Position numbers and translations under genes: made by a program. 64,000 nt of DNA from Phyllosticta citribraziliensis. Lineage: Eukaryota. The notes beneath the pieces are model-generated. The model saw nothing but the letters and a program-made list of their open reading frames with translations. It had not been told where the DNA came from and ran no database searches. The DNA is taken from assembly GCF_038025025.1 (NCBI RefSeq), contig NW_027117354.1, forward strand, positions 124,001 to 188,000. The letters are read 5' to 3'. Position 1 is the first letter of the stretch, and the number at the start of each line of letters is the position of its first letter. Positions 49,090-60,369 of the stretch are shown in pieces.

Positions 49090-52000
49090 ATGGACGAGCA
49101 AGTCTACCGTACTCCGCCCCCCAAACCTTGCCTTGCTGACGTCGTATAGCAACGGCCATAGGAGGACAAAGTCGGCCCAGGTCAAGTCTCTGCTCCAACG
49201 CGTCAGCTCAAAGCAAGACGTCACCGACGAACTCAACAGTCCCACACCCTCGACCCGCAACAGCATCCAAATTCCTCGCCATCGTCCCCATCTTTCTACA
49301 ACCATGTCGAATTCCGCCGCTTCGGACAGTCTCTCTCCATCGCAACCGAGTCATTCGCCTTTGTCGCCCACTGCCTCCAAGGGCGCCTCGATCGAACAGT
49401 CGGTGCGATTGTTCCGCATCTTCGAAGCCCTGCGAAACGGAGACACGGCCGCCATTTCAAAGGCCATCCGCGACGAAGCCGCCACATCGCCTGGGCCTAG
49501 ACAAAGCACCACCTCGATATCTTCATCCACCAGTCGCCTCGAAGGCACCACCATACTACACCTCGCCATACAATGCGCCGAGATTCCCGTCATCGAATTC
49601 GTCCTGTCGCATGCTGGCGCCGGAGTCGACGTGAATGGAAGAGACAAGGATGGCAATACTCCGCTACATCTGGCAGCCCAGTTGGGTAGAGCGCCCGTCG
49701 TGCGCATGTTGTTGGATCAAAAAGACGTCAACGACTCGCTCACAAACTACTACGCCCAGACTCCTCTCGACCTCGCCCGGACACCCGAAATCTTTCAAAT
49801 GCTGCAACTCTCGCGCTCCATCTTCATCGAGACGAATGTAAAAAAGATTCAAGACTTGGTGGAATCGGGCGACTACAAAGCGTTGGAGGTTTTGTTGAGT
49901 GACAACCGCATCAAGACGACGCTGGACGTTAATGGTGGGGAATTGACCAAGGACCCCGACACCGTTGCTACGGGCGGAACCCTGCTCCATGAGGCGGCCT
50001 GCAAGAAGGACATGCAACTCATCCAACTGCTCCTCCTCAACGGCGCAGATCCATTTCGTCGCGATCGCAAGGGAAAACTTCCTCAGGATGTCACCAAGGA
50101 CGACAAGACCAAGGCCATTCTCAAAAAGTCGCCCGCCGCCGCAGCCGCACAGCGTGGCATACAGGAAAAAACCATCCTTGGAGGTGCCGTCGCTGCTTCT
50201 GGAGTTGCCACGGCCGAGGTTGCAATTGGAGCAAAAGAAGGACGAGAAATGAAGGGTTACTTGAAAAAGTGGACCAATTATACCGGTGGATACAAGTTGA
50301 GGTGGTTTGTATTGGAGGATGGTGTCTTGAGTTATTACAAACACCAAGGTGAGTCTCCTGGATTCTTCGCTCTCCATTTCTGACGACAGTAGATGACGCT
50401 GGATCCGCTTGTCGTGGTGCCATCAACATGAGAATCGCCAAGTTGCACATGGACCCCCAAGACAAACTACGCTTCGAAATTCATGGCAAGTCTTCGGTCA
50501 AGTACCATCTCAAGGCAAACCACCAAGTCGAAGCCAAGCGCTGGTTTTGGGCACTCAACAATGCAATCCAATGGGCCAAGGATGAGGCGCGGGAAGAGGA
50601 AAAGAGACAGGTCCGAGAAAATGAAGCGTTGCGGCAGGCCAAGGAACAAGCATCCCCGCAGGCCGACGCACAGAGCAGTGGAAGCTCGAAGTTAAACAGA
50701 CGTAAGTCGGCCCAAGTCGGATTCGGCAGGACTAACGGCAGTAGAATCTCTTCTCAGCCCCTCGGCTGCCAACCTTGGAATCCCGCTGTCTACCTCGCGA
50801 ACCGGAGCAAGTAGCGGCGAGGAGGATGAAACTCCAAATAGCGCTTACGATGCTAGCCTTGTTGGTGAAGGTAGCCGACAGGAGAGCGTTTCCGGTACCA
50901 ACCATATTGGCGATTTGGACGACGATGATTATGGCGACGACAGCAGTCATGAACAGCAAAATCCTTCAGCCACCAAGGATGCTTTCAACATTACAGCACA
51001 GTCGGCCAAACTTCAGCTCGACTTGTTGAGTCGGGTGTCTGACGCTCTGCAGTCGGAGAGAAACAAAAATCCCTCCATGGCCATTTCAGACCCCGTCGCA
51101 GTGCAGGCCATTGCGTCGTACGAGTCGGCCGTCAGTAATCTCAAGGGTCTCGTTGGAGACTTGCTCCGCATTGCCCGAGATCGCGATGCTTATTGGCAAT
51201 ACCGTTTGGACCGCGAAGCCAATGTCCGCCGCATGTGGGAGGAGAGCATGGCCAAGGTTGCGCGAGAACAGGAGGAGTTGGAGAGCAGGATTGGCCAGTC
51301 GGAAGAAAAAAGAAAACGCACCAAAAAGGCGCTGCGAGATGCGTTGCAGGGAGTGCAGATAGAGGCTGCCGCTGAAAAGAGTGACGCCATCGCCTCGGTC
51401 ATTTCTGAAAAGGACGAGGAGGAAGAAAGACCCAAGACTAGCGGCACCGTAGCAAAACCCAACCCGCTTGCCGTCTTGTCAGACTCTGAATCCGACGACG
51501 AGGAGTTCTTCGACGCCATTCAGGAGGGAGAGGTTGAGGTTGTCGACACGTTCGATGACGCAGAACAACAGGTCGAGGAACCGGCCGAGCAAGACAAGAG
51601 GTTGGCCAAGGCCAAGGAGATTGAGCCTGCTTTTGTCGGCTACGAGGATCCTCCTCGCTCCAAGCTGAAGCTGGATGAAGACAATCGGCCGCGCATTTCG
51701 CTTTGGGTGAGTTCAATGATCTGGTTATTAGAACGCGCTAACGAATCAGGGCATCCTCAAATCCATGATTGGCAAGGACATGACAAAAATGACGCTGCCC
51801 GTCTCCTTCAACGAGCCAACGTCTCTCCTCCAGCGCGTGGCAGAAGACATGGAGTATACCGACCTACTCGACACGGCTGCGGAGCGCGCCGACTCGACCG
51901 AACGCATGGTCTACGTTGCCGCATTCGCTGCAAGCGAGTACGCCTCGACGATTGGTCGCGTGGCCAAACCCTTCAACCCCCTGCTGGGCGAGACGTTTGA

Positions 52001-52895
52001 ATACGCCCGTCCGGACAAGGGCTACCGGTTCTTTGTCGAGCAAGTCTCGCATCACCCGCCCATCGGTGCCGCGTGGGCCGAGTCTGCCAAGTGGGACTAC
52101 TACGGCGAGTCGGCCGTCAAGTCCAAATTCTACGGCAAATCTTTCGACATCAACCCGCTCGGCACGTGGTTCCTCCGCCTGCGCCCCGCGTCCGGCGGCG
52201 AGGAGCTGTACACGTGGAAGAAGGTGACGTCGTCCGTCATCGGCATCATCACGGGCAACCCGACGGTCGACAACTACGGGCCCATGGAGATTAAGAACCA
52301 CAGCACGGGCGAGGTGTGCATCCTCGACTTCAAGCCGCGCGGGTGGAAGGCCAGCTCGGCGTACCAGGTGGCGGGCAAAGTCATGGACGCGTCGGGGCAG
52401 ACGCGCTGGAGCATGGGCGGCCGCTGGAACGACAAGATCTACGCGCGGCTGACGCCGGGATTCGACGACGGCGAAAACGTCGGCAGCAAGAACGACAAGC
52501 AGGCCATTCTCGTCTGGCAGTGCCACGAGCGCCCGTCGGGCATCCCGTTCAACCTGACGCCCTTTGTCGTCACGCTCAACGCGCTGCCCGACCGCCTGCG
52601 CCCCGTGCTCGCGCCCACCGACACGCGCCTGCGCCCCGACCAGCGCGCCATGGAGGACGGCGAGTACGACCGCGCCGCCGACGAGAAGAACCGCGTCGAG
52701 GAGAAGCAGCGCGCGCGCCGGCGCGAGCGCGAGGCCAGCGGCGACCACTTCGAGCCGCGCTGGTTCCGCCGCGGCACGTGCGAGACGACGGGCGAGCCGT
52801 TCTGGGTCTTTGGCGGGGACTATTGGCGCGTGAGGGAGAAGGTGGCGCGCGGCGAGGGCGATTGGCATGGCGAGGGGTTGGAGGACATTTTCTAG
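49090..52895 (+). CDS. OSH1: Oxysterol-binding protein, Osh1/Osh2 type (ankyrin repeats, PH, FFAT and OSBP domains)
   Basis: Ankyrin [11 protein letters not shown] domain [21 protein letters not shown] motif [28 protein letters not shown] and EQVSHHPP. Several introns. Start at 49090 (via a GC-AG intron) or 49304. Confidence 0.95.
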
Positions 52896-53725
52896 TTGGA
52901 GCCGGTTGCCGTGGGCGGTGGGGGTTGCGGTGGACTGTAAATTTGGGTGGCTAGGTCGTCGTCTTGTCTTTTGCTTCGTGTCGTTTTTTACGCTTACTTC
53001 TTTTACTACTATAACCACCCAGTCAGTCAGTCAGTCAGTCAACAGGCAGTAGCTACGTGTGAGTGGCTTCTGTTTCATACAAAAATCTTGAACACTTATT
53101 TCTCTGATGCCGCGGAGGCGAGCGCGGAGGGTGAACGGCGTCTAGTGCGGTGCACGTAGTTCCTTGCTGCTGAAAGCCGCCGGGGCCTCTCTGCTCCTCT
53201 GAGTACTGTTCGGATGGTGTAGCGAAGCGGAACCAGACGACCTGGGAATGAGAGCCGAGCAAAGCGAGGTGGGGGAGGGGTGGGCAATGACGGGCGAGGG
53301 TTTGGATGGTGCTCGAGCGTTTGTTGTGGACACGGTTCGCTGAGAGGTTCGGCCGAAGTTTTGATGGATTGGAGGTTTTGCTGATGGGCCGGTGAAAATA
53401 ACTTAGAGGACTTGAAGAGTGCCGTGTACGCTGTGCGGCAGTCGTGTGTCGTTGGCGGGAGAGACATCAGTCTTCCTGTTGCTGCTGTCCAATTAAATAG
53501 ATTCAATCTGCCTTCACACATCAGGCTCGTTGCGCGGGAGAGAAGAGAAGGAAACCAAAATTTACGGGGTTGGACTGGGAAACGAAATCAATATCTCAAG
53601 ATGCGCAAAAATATTTCAAAATCACCACTCGTCCGATCTCGTCCAAGGGAGTGTCCCCTGTTCGTTTGACCTTTGAATGTAGTCTCCTATGCTCCGTCTT
53701 CTCGGATGAGCTTCCCGTCAGGTGT

Positions 53726-56700
53726 CTACACCGTTCCTCGTCGGAGTAGTAGTTCCGAGGCACTGTCCACTGGGCGTTGCTCTTCAGACCAACGTCGATA
53801 CTCGGCGTCTGAGTCTTCGTCTACCAGGTCCCAGGGCTCTGTGCTGAGTCTCTCTATTCCGAGCGGTGCATTTTGAGAATGAGGAGGATCCTCGAGTCCG
53901 GCATCTCCACCTGATCCTTGGTGACCCAGCGCGCTTCTCCGCTCTAAAAGCGTTTCCTCTTCTTGCCCTCCACTCTCGCGTCGACTCTGGAGGCTCTGAA
54001 GTTCAATTTCATCTGACTGCGGTCCCGCCAAGCGAGACCCAACGTCGGAACGTGGTCGCGCGTTGTCTTGCAACTCTTCCATGTCAGGTGGGTCATTCCA
54101 GCTCCGATGGACCACAGGCTCGCCAACGTCGATTCCCCATCGAAGTGGCGGTAACTTTTGTGCGGCATCCCCCTCTACGTTTTCGCTGTCGACTCTGTCT
54201 GCTTCCTTTGGCTCAACCCTCCTCCACCATCCCAACGCCGCGTTGCGCCGGACTTCTTCATCGGTGAGGTGCGTCACACCGTCCTCCCGGAGCCGACGCA
54301 CCAGGTCACTGTGCGCTACGAGTGAGAGCTGTGCTGCAATTGAGCCCGGCGATTTTGGCAGAATGGCGCGGTTGGGATAGCGGAAAAAGGTCCAGATATA
54401 ACAGCAAAGCATTATTCCCAGGAGTACTACGAGCGCAATGGTTGTCGGTTCATCTTGGTAGATGCGTGCTTCATAGAAGCGCAGTGTCCCGTCAAACGTT
54501 TGCGGTTTGATGCCCTGCGCGGTCGCGTTTTCCAGGGCGAAATGTCGGTACTCTGTCAGTAGCTCGACGTTGTAGGCGACAATCAAGGTCTTGATGGCCT
54601 GGATCCATTTGTCGTGGTCCAAAATGGCTGTCAGATTGCCGAGATTGTATTCCGCATACAGAGCCACCCATTGGAAGAAAGTGTCCGTATTTCCCGACCA
54701 TTGATCTGGCCACAATGAATTTGTTTGTGTCAGTTCATCTTCTCCAAAATTTGGAATGGATCCGTTATGTTTTAGAGAAAGCCCTTTACTACCGAAGAAT
54801 TGCTCATCGGCTCTGATCGTCGAAGAGTCGAACGCTTTTGGAGTCCAAGCGTCGTCAATGCCGCGTGAATAAGTGACTTCAACAAGCACTCTGGTCAATT
54901 CAACTGCTCCGTTGATTTTCATGGCTGATGGAAGCGAAACATTCAAAGACTGCGAAGATAGGTGGTCTTCATCTTTAATCGGTGTTGTGTTGGTGGCTGC
55001 ACTCAAAATGTTTGACATGTCCGTCAAATATGTGCAAAACCCGTAGTCCATATTGGTGAATTTGCCATCGTACTTGTACTGACGTTCAGTGCAGTTCCCC
55101 CAAGGGCCAGTCCTGAAAGTTATCCCGCGATAGCAGTCGAAATTCCAGCTGTCAACGTCCTCGTCATAGTAGGTGCTGTCAGAAATGAGCAAGCATCCAG
55201 TGTCGTCATCTAGATCCACAAGGCTCCAGCTATCATCCGCAGTAGATATGGAGACGTCAATAGATATGGCAGGGACTGTGATTGTCACCTCCTCTGTGAT
55301 GATATCTGCTGTCTTGCGCGGCCCCATGTAAGTCAAATTGCTGAAAACAAGGTTTCCAAGCGCTCCAGGCCTTGTTTGTACGTTGAAAGATGGAGTGAGA
55401 GTCCATTCGACGAATTGTCTTGCGTGAGTGTCCACTATGCTGTTCATCTGTGTTTGGAGGAAGTCGTCGACAAATTCAAAGTGCGTTACGAGCGAAGTAT
55501 CCACCAAAGGCTTGGCACGCTGGCTCATAGTCTCAGGCTTTACACCATAAAGCCCAGCAGCGAAAATCTTGATCATTGGCATGAGGAATATCGCGGTGCT
55601 TGAAGCAATTTGGGAGAATCCAGTCCAATCTTTTAGGATGTTGGCCAATGGGGCTTGGATGACGTTGATCGACGTCGGGTCCTTGGTCGACTTTTCAAGC
55701 AGACTCCGATATAGAGCCAACTCATCGACAGCCGCGCCGATCCCAGAACAGACGTAGCCGATAATTACGAGAATAGCGCTAGATGCCGACTTGAAAGCCT
55801 TTTGCAGAAAACGACCATCCTTGACGAGTCCATTGTGTCGATTCGAAGATATCAGGAGGGCCGAGAGAATGCCAACGATTACGGCAATGAGCAATGAGCA
55901 CACGGCTTCTGCTTCGAGACAAAGCGCTAGCGGTTGCCAACCAGAATGTTCGGAATTCCTCCAGTATTCGATCTCGGTGACAGACTTCCGGCACCGGAGC
56001 ACAATTGTTTCCTCATCCGTTGAATCCAACTTCCAATCGAGCAGCTCCAAGTTGCGTTCCATCGTTTCCGTTGACGAAATCTCCTCATGGGCATAGATGT
56101 CGTGGACACGAGGCATAGATTTCGACAATATCAGAGCCCCACCAGCAAGGCGTCCAGGATCCTCAAACAGTAAGCATCGCGGTCTCAAAATTGTTGCAAC
56201 CAGCACCACGACGCATCCTATCAGGACCAAGGCCAGTTGTAGCACTCTGAGAAGACCACGATGTAGGGAAAGTCTCTGTCCCATGGTCTGAATAGTTCCA
56301 AGGGTCTGTTTCGAGGTCCGCTCCCGGGCTCGAGAACTGACCACTTGCGTGATGGTCTCGGCTGCCAGGGTTTCAACGTCCAGCCGGAATTGTTTCAGAT
56401 CATCGATATATGACTTCAAAACCGCAGAATCACCTCCTGTAAGAAGTCCAAAGAATGTGTCCATTACCGATCCTCGAGATAGCTGCTCCGCAAAATACTG
56501 TACTTCTTCAACGTCTTCGGCGCTGCCGTAGGTCCCAGCAGGGCTGTTGGGGACGCCAGGGAAGGAAACCTGGTTCAAGTATAGCCAAATCTGAGTGGTG
56601 GTCAAGATTGGATCAATTCCCGGAAGAGTTTCGAGAAGCGCGACACGTTCAACATTTCCATTGGATCCGTTGACCCTTATCATCACATTCTGCCGTTGGA

Positions 56701-57829
56701 AATCAACTGTGCAGGCCAAGCCCACAAAAGGCTCAACTCTGAAAATGTGGGCGCCTGAACTCGGGTTCTCAGTGTCGTAGTACACGTTTGCGAGCGTGGC
56801 AGTCAGTAGACTTGTGTTGGCCTTGCATTGGGAGACGCTGAGCCAAGCCCTCGTAGTATTGGTCAGGCTCCCGTCGCTAGAAGGGCCCAGTTGATACCAC
56901 GAATCGAGGGTCTGAGTACAGTTGGACTGCATGCCATCGCTTGACGATGCGATGAGGAGGTAGTCATCATCATCATTTTCTTTACTGTAGTTGAACAAGC
57001 CACAATCGAATTGAGTTGCGAAAGACTCGACCTCTGCTGTCATGATTGCGTCGACGCCCGATTCATTCTTTAACAGAGTGAATGACTCAAATGCATGAGA
57101 GTCCAGGGTCCATGGTGCAGAGTGTCCTCCTGGAAGACGATAAAAAGCCACTGATGCATAAGGAGCGGTAGGGAGATGATTGGCAGGATACGGGATGTCT
57201 CCTTTCGAGTCTACCAGTGTGCCATTGAAGCTGAACGTTGAATTAATTAGGAAATCAGCTGATTCTTGGCGAAAAGCAGGGGGTTCGACTGATGTAAGAG
57301 CGTTTGCGAGTACGGAGAGAGCTCCACACAGAAACCCAACGAGCAAGGCCATGAAAAGCGCAAAGTGCCGATGACGGGCTGCATGGAATACAGACAGGAC
57401 CTCCATTTTCGTATTGTAGTCCAAGAGAATCGACTGAGAGGCCTTGGTCCATTTACCGCCCATGGATGCCCATGGTGTGACCTTCTTCAGGTCGTTGGTG
57501 ATTGGTTTCCAAAGGAACGAGAGAATCACGACGCCGGCAGTTGGCAGGTATGTCGCGGCCCAAATCGAATATCTGTGGTCGTCGTCCACTGGGATTCCGT
57601 CATGTTTCTGGAAGACCAAATCCATTGCCTGAAGACTCGCAGCGAAAAGCCAGCAGTACGCAGCCAGAGGGAAGGCCCGGGATTTTCGGAGCATTGGTGG
57701 GATCCATGGGGTTGGGCCGGAAATGCGCGATTCGCCGTTCGCAAGGAATGGCTCATGATGTTCACCTGGAGAAGGTCAGTGTCCCGGGACGACGGAATGT
57801 ATGGAGGATCACTTACTGGGTGTCGGCAT
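53726..57829 (-). CDS. Large multi-pass membrane protein, DUF3433-like
   Basis: 1322-aa ORF with two clusters of transmembrane helices, LKKVTPW..ASQSILLDY, W.P..L motifs and PKSPGSIAAQLSLVAHS. Short exon 1 (ATG 57829) and intron 57816-57766 extend it in frame. Confidence 0.8.
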
Positions 57830-58505
57830 GGCTCCAACGTCTGAGGATGAAGGCGAAAACCAGAGTGCGAGCGAAAAGGGACTCGCTGTATTGAATAGCG
57901 CCATCTCGTAGGCAGCCTGTGCCACAGCCACATTGTGCGTCAGGCTATCTGACAAAGGCAAGGCTGTGAGCGTCAAGCACCGTGCGCCTCTTCGACACCT
58001 TGAGAAGCCAACCACAGTTACCTACCGCGTTGTACTTCCAAGGCTCTTCAGCCTTGTCTTTCCGTCGACCTGGGTGACACGACATGTTGTGCGTAGGATC
58101 GATTCATCAACCCTGCAGATGAATCGGCCGAGCATGACACCTCCCGTCGTCTTGCTGCGGTGGTAGGCTGCGGCAGTGGAAAGCCTTGTCGAGTTGATGG
58201 CATCATCGTCAAGCCTCGTTGCTGAAGTTCTTGGCGCAGACAGCCATTGGGGTGAGATCTGACGTGCTGGAAGGAGAAATATCGACTTTGAAAGTGACGC
58301 GGCAAAATTGAGGGTTGATGATGCGTCGAGCATGGTGTTCAGTCAAGCTTGTTGTGACTGAGCCTGCAGGAGACTACTGCAGGTCGGCGAAGGCCGGGGG
58401 GCCAAGTAGTGGGCCTTCCTGATTGGCTGTAGTGGCACCCCTCCCAATCAGGTTTAGCGGACTCAGGAGTCAGTCGAGTATTTCAGTACCTACTATGCAC
58501 ATGTA

Positions 58506-58795
58506 CAGTCGTGCTCACTACGCGTTTGCCATATTTGATATGCTCTCAGTTTATGTGAATTAGGCACTAGCCTCCTTAGAGTAGATACTATCTTATCTAA
58601 TTAGCCAGATAGGTGGCTAGATAGGGATAATAGACCTTAGTAGTAATAATAGATCTTTTTAGCCACCTCTTTAGCTAATAATATAAGCTAGGGAGTAGGC
58701 TATATAGTATAATAGGCCCACTCCAGGGGTCTAGTAACTACTTCGCAAAATTCAGAGCATACACATAGATGGCAAACGCGTAGCGAGCACGACTG
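58506..58795. mobile_element. 290-bp non-autonomous Tc1/mariner-type MITE with TA target-site duplication
   Basis: Left end TA|cagtcgtgctcactacgcgtttgccat and right end atggcaaacgcgtagcgagcacgactg|TA form a 27-bp TIR with 1 mismatch, extending imperfectly to about 65 bp. The interior is AT- and TpA-rich and non-coding. Confidence 0.9.
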
Positions 58796-59098
58796 TAGTT
58801 AGGCCACGCTCCAATTGAGAGTTATTCGTCGTTGCCAAGATACAACAAGCTCGCGCTAAATTAGTGCGCTAACTTATTTCGGCAAGGGTGCCAAAGTTGG
58901 ATCTCCGACCTCTTTCAAGATGAATTTGGACAACCTTCTGCAGTCAGTCTGCCTGTCGGAGAAGGAGCACTCCAGGTAGAATGATTTGGCTCATCCGCGC
59001 TCGAGTTTGCTCCGTCGGCACACCCAACAGCCTCCTCGCTTGCAGCACATGGACGCGCCGTGCACCCCAGCTCCCGCCACCCAACGCAATCCGCGGCC

Positions 59099-60046
59099 AT
59101 GCCTGTCTCAAACTTCGGCCTGTCTACCCAGCAAAGAATTGTGGAACTTGAAATATACCGCAGGCCTCAGCAAGAAAATCAACTCTGGAATCGCTGTGAA
59201 GAACAATGGGAGGCGTACATAGACAGACGCCCCAAGCCCGATCGTCAAAACTTGATCAGATACCACCATGCCGGCCGCATCATGGAAGATCATCAACACA
59301 GTGAAGCGGCTGGACCGTGTGAAAAGTGCGTTGTACGTAATCGAGAGTGTCGTGTTTACCACGGGGTTGAGGCGGTTCTTCACGGATCCACGTGTGCTGC
59401 TTGCAGAGTCAGCAATTGTAATTGTTCGTTGAGCACCAACACCGGATCGAATAGTGGAGCCCGCCGTGGTAGATCCCCGGCTGCTCCGCCGGATGGCAAT
59501 TTCAATACCGGAATTGGAGTTTCGGACATCGATCGTCTGACCAATCGTGTGGAGAACCTTGAGGCCACAATGCGCAGCCAACAGGACGCTTCCCGTGAGC
59601 TACATGACCGGGTCAGCGACCGCAACGATATAATTGAAGCTGCACTTCAGCATCAGCAAGATGCATACGACGAGCTGCACGAAAGAATCGACGACAGCAA
59701 TGATGTGGTTGGTGATCTTTAATCTCAGCTCCACCGCCAACAGGGCCGGTACGATGAATTGCAGGAGAGACTCAACAGCAGCACGCGTTTGAATGAGGAG
59801 CTCGAGGCTACACTCCGCCCCCAGCAGGAAATGATTGAAGAGTTTCAGAATCACAACCACGCGCTGGAGATGAAGCTTGCACGAGGTTCCAAGGCCGCGG
59901 GCGAAAAGTTGGAGGACGCAATCGACCGTCTCGAGTGTCTCAAAAGGACCGTGTCACGCTTGGATCCCACCGTGGGCCCTCCAAAAGCGAAGAAGCAAAA
60001 GACTCAGCACACGGCCAGTCCAGAAGCGGAATATGGCTGGTTCTAG
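59099..60046 (+). pseudogene. Cys-motif plus coiled-coil repeat protein interrupted by one in-frame TAA
   Basis: ORFs 59060-59722 and 59759-60046 share a frame and are separated only by TAA at 59720-59722. Motif CEKC..RNREC..CAAC...NCNCS, repeats of about 25-28 aa, and C-terminal NLS-like PPKAKKQK. Confidence 0.65.
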
Positions 60047-60369
60047 CTGACACATGGCATGCGGAACGGGATTCGGGGAATCGCCGCAGAGAGGCTAGGC
60101 TTTCTTGGGGAAGTGTATTCGTATTCGTACCTCATAAGAATGATAGAGAGAAGAAAACACAAGATGCCCTGTGGAAATTCAGCCAGATGAAATCCCGAAC
60201 ACTTACCAGGCGGTTCTACTTCAACCGCTCTCAAGAACATGCCAGCTTCAAAACAATATCCTCCCGACTCTCGCCAAGGAAATGCTCGCTGAATCGCTTC
60301 AACCAAACCACAATGCCATCAAACTAGACCCAAACGTAAGAAACAAGGAAGAGAAAAGAAATCGTTACC

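Noticed and set aside
51864..53018. 384-aa antisense ORF over the OSBP domain
   Set aside because: Shadow of high-GC3 codons.
53726..57829. Possible Starship captain
   Set aside because: This is a DUF3433-like membrane protein, not a DUF3435 tyrosine recombinase; no recombinase catalytic residues or element ends were seen.
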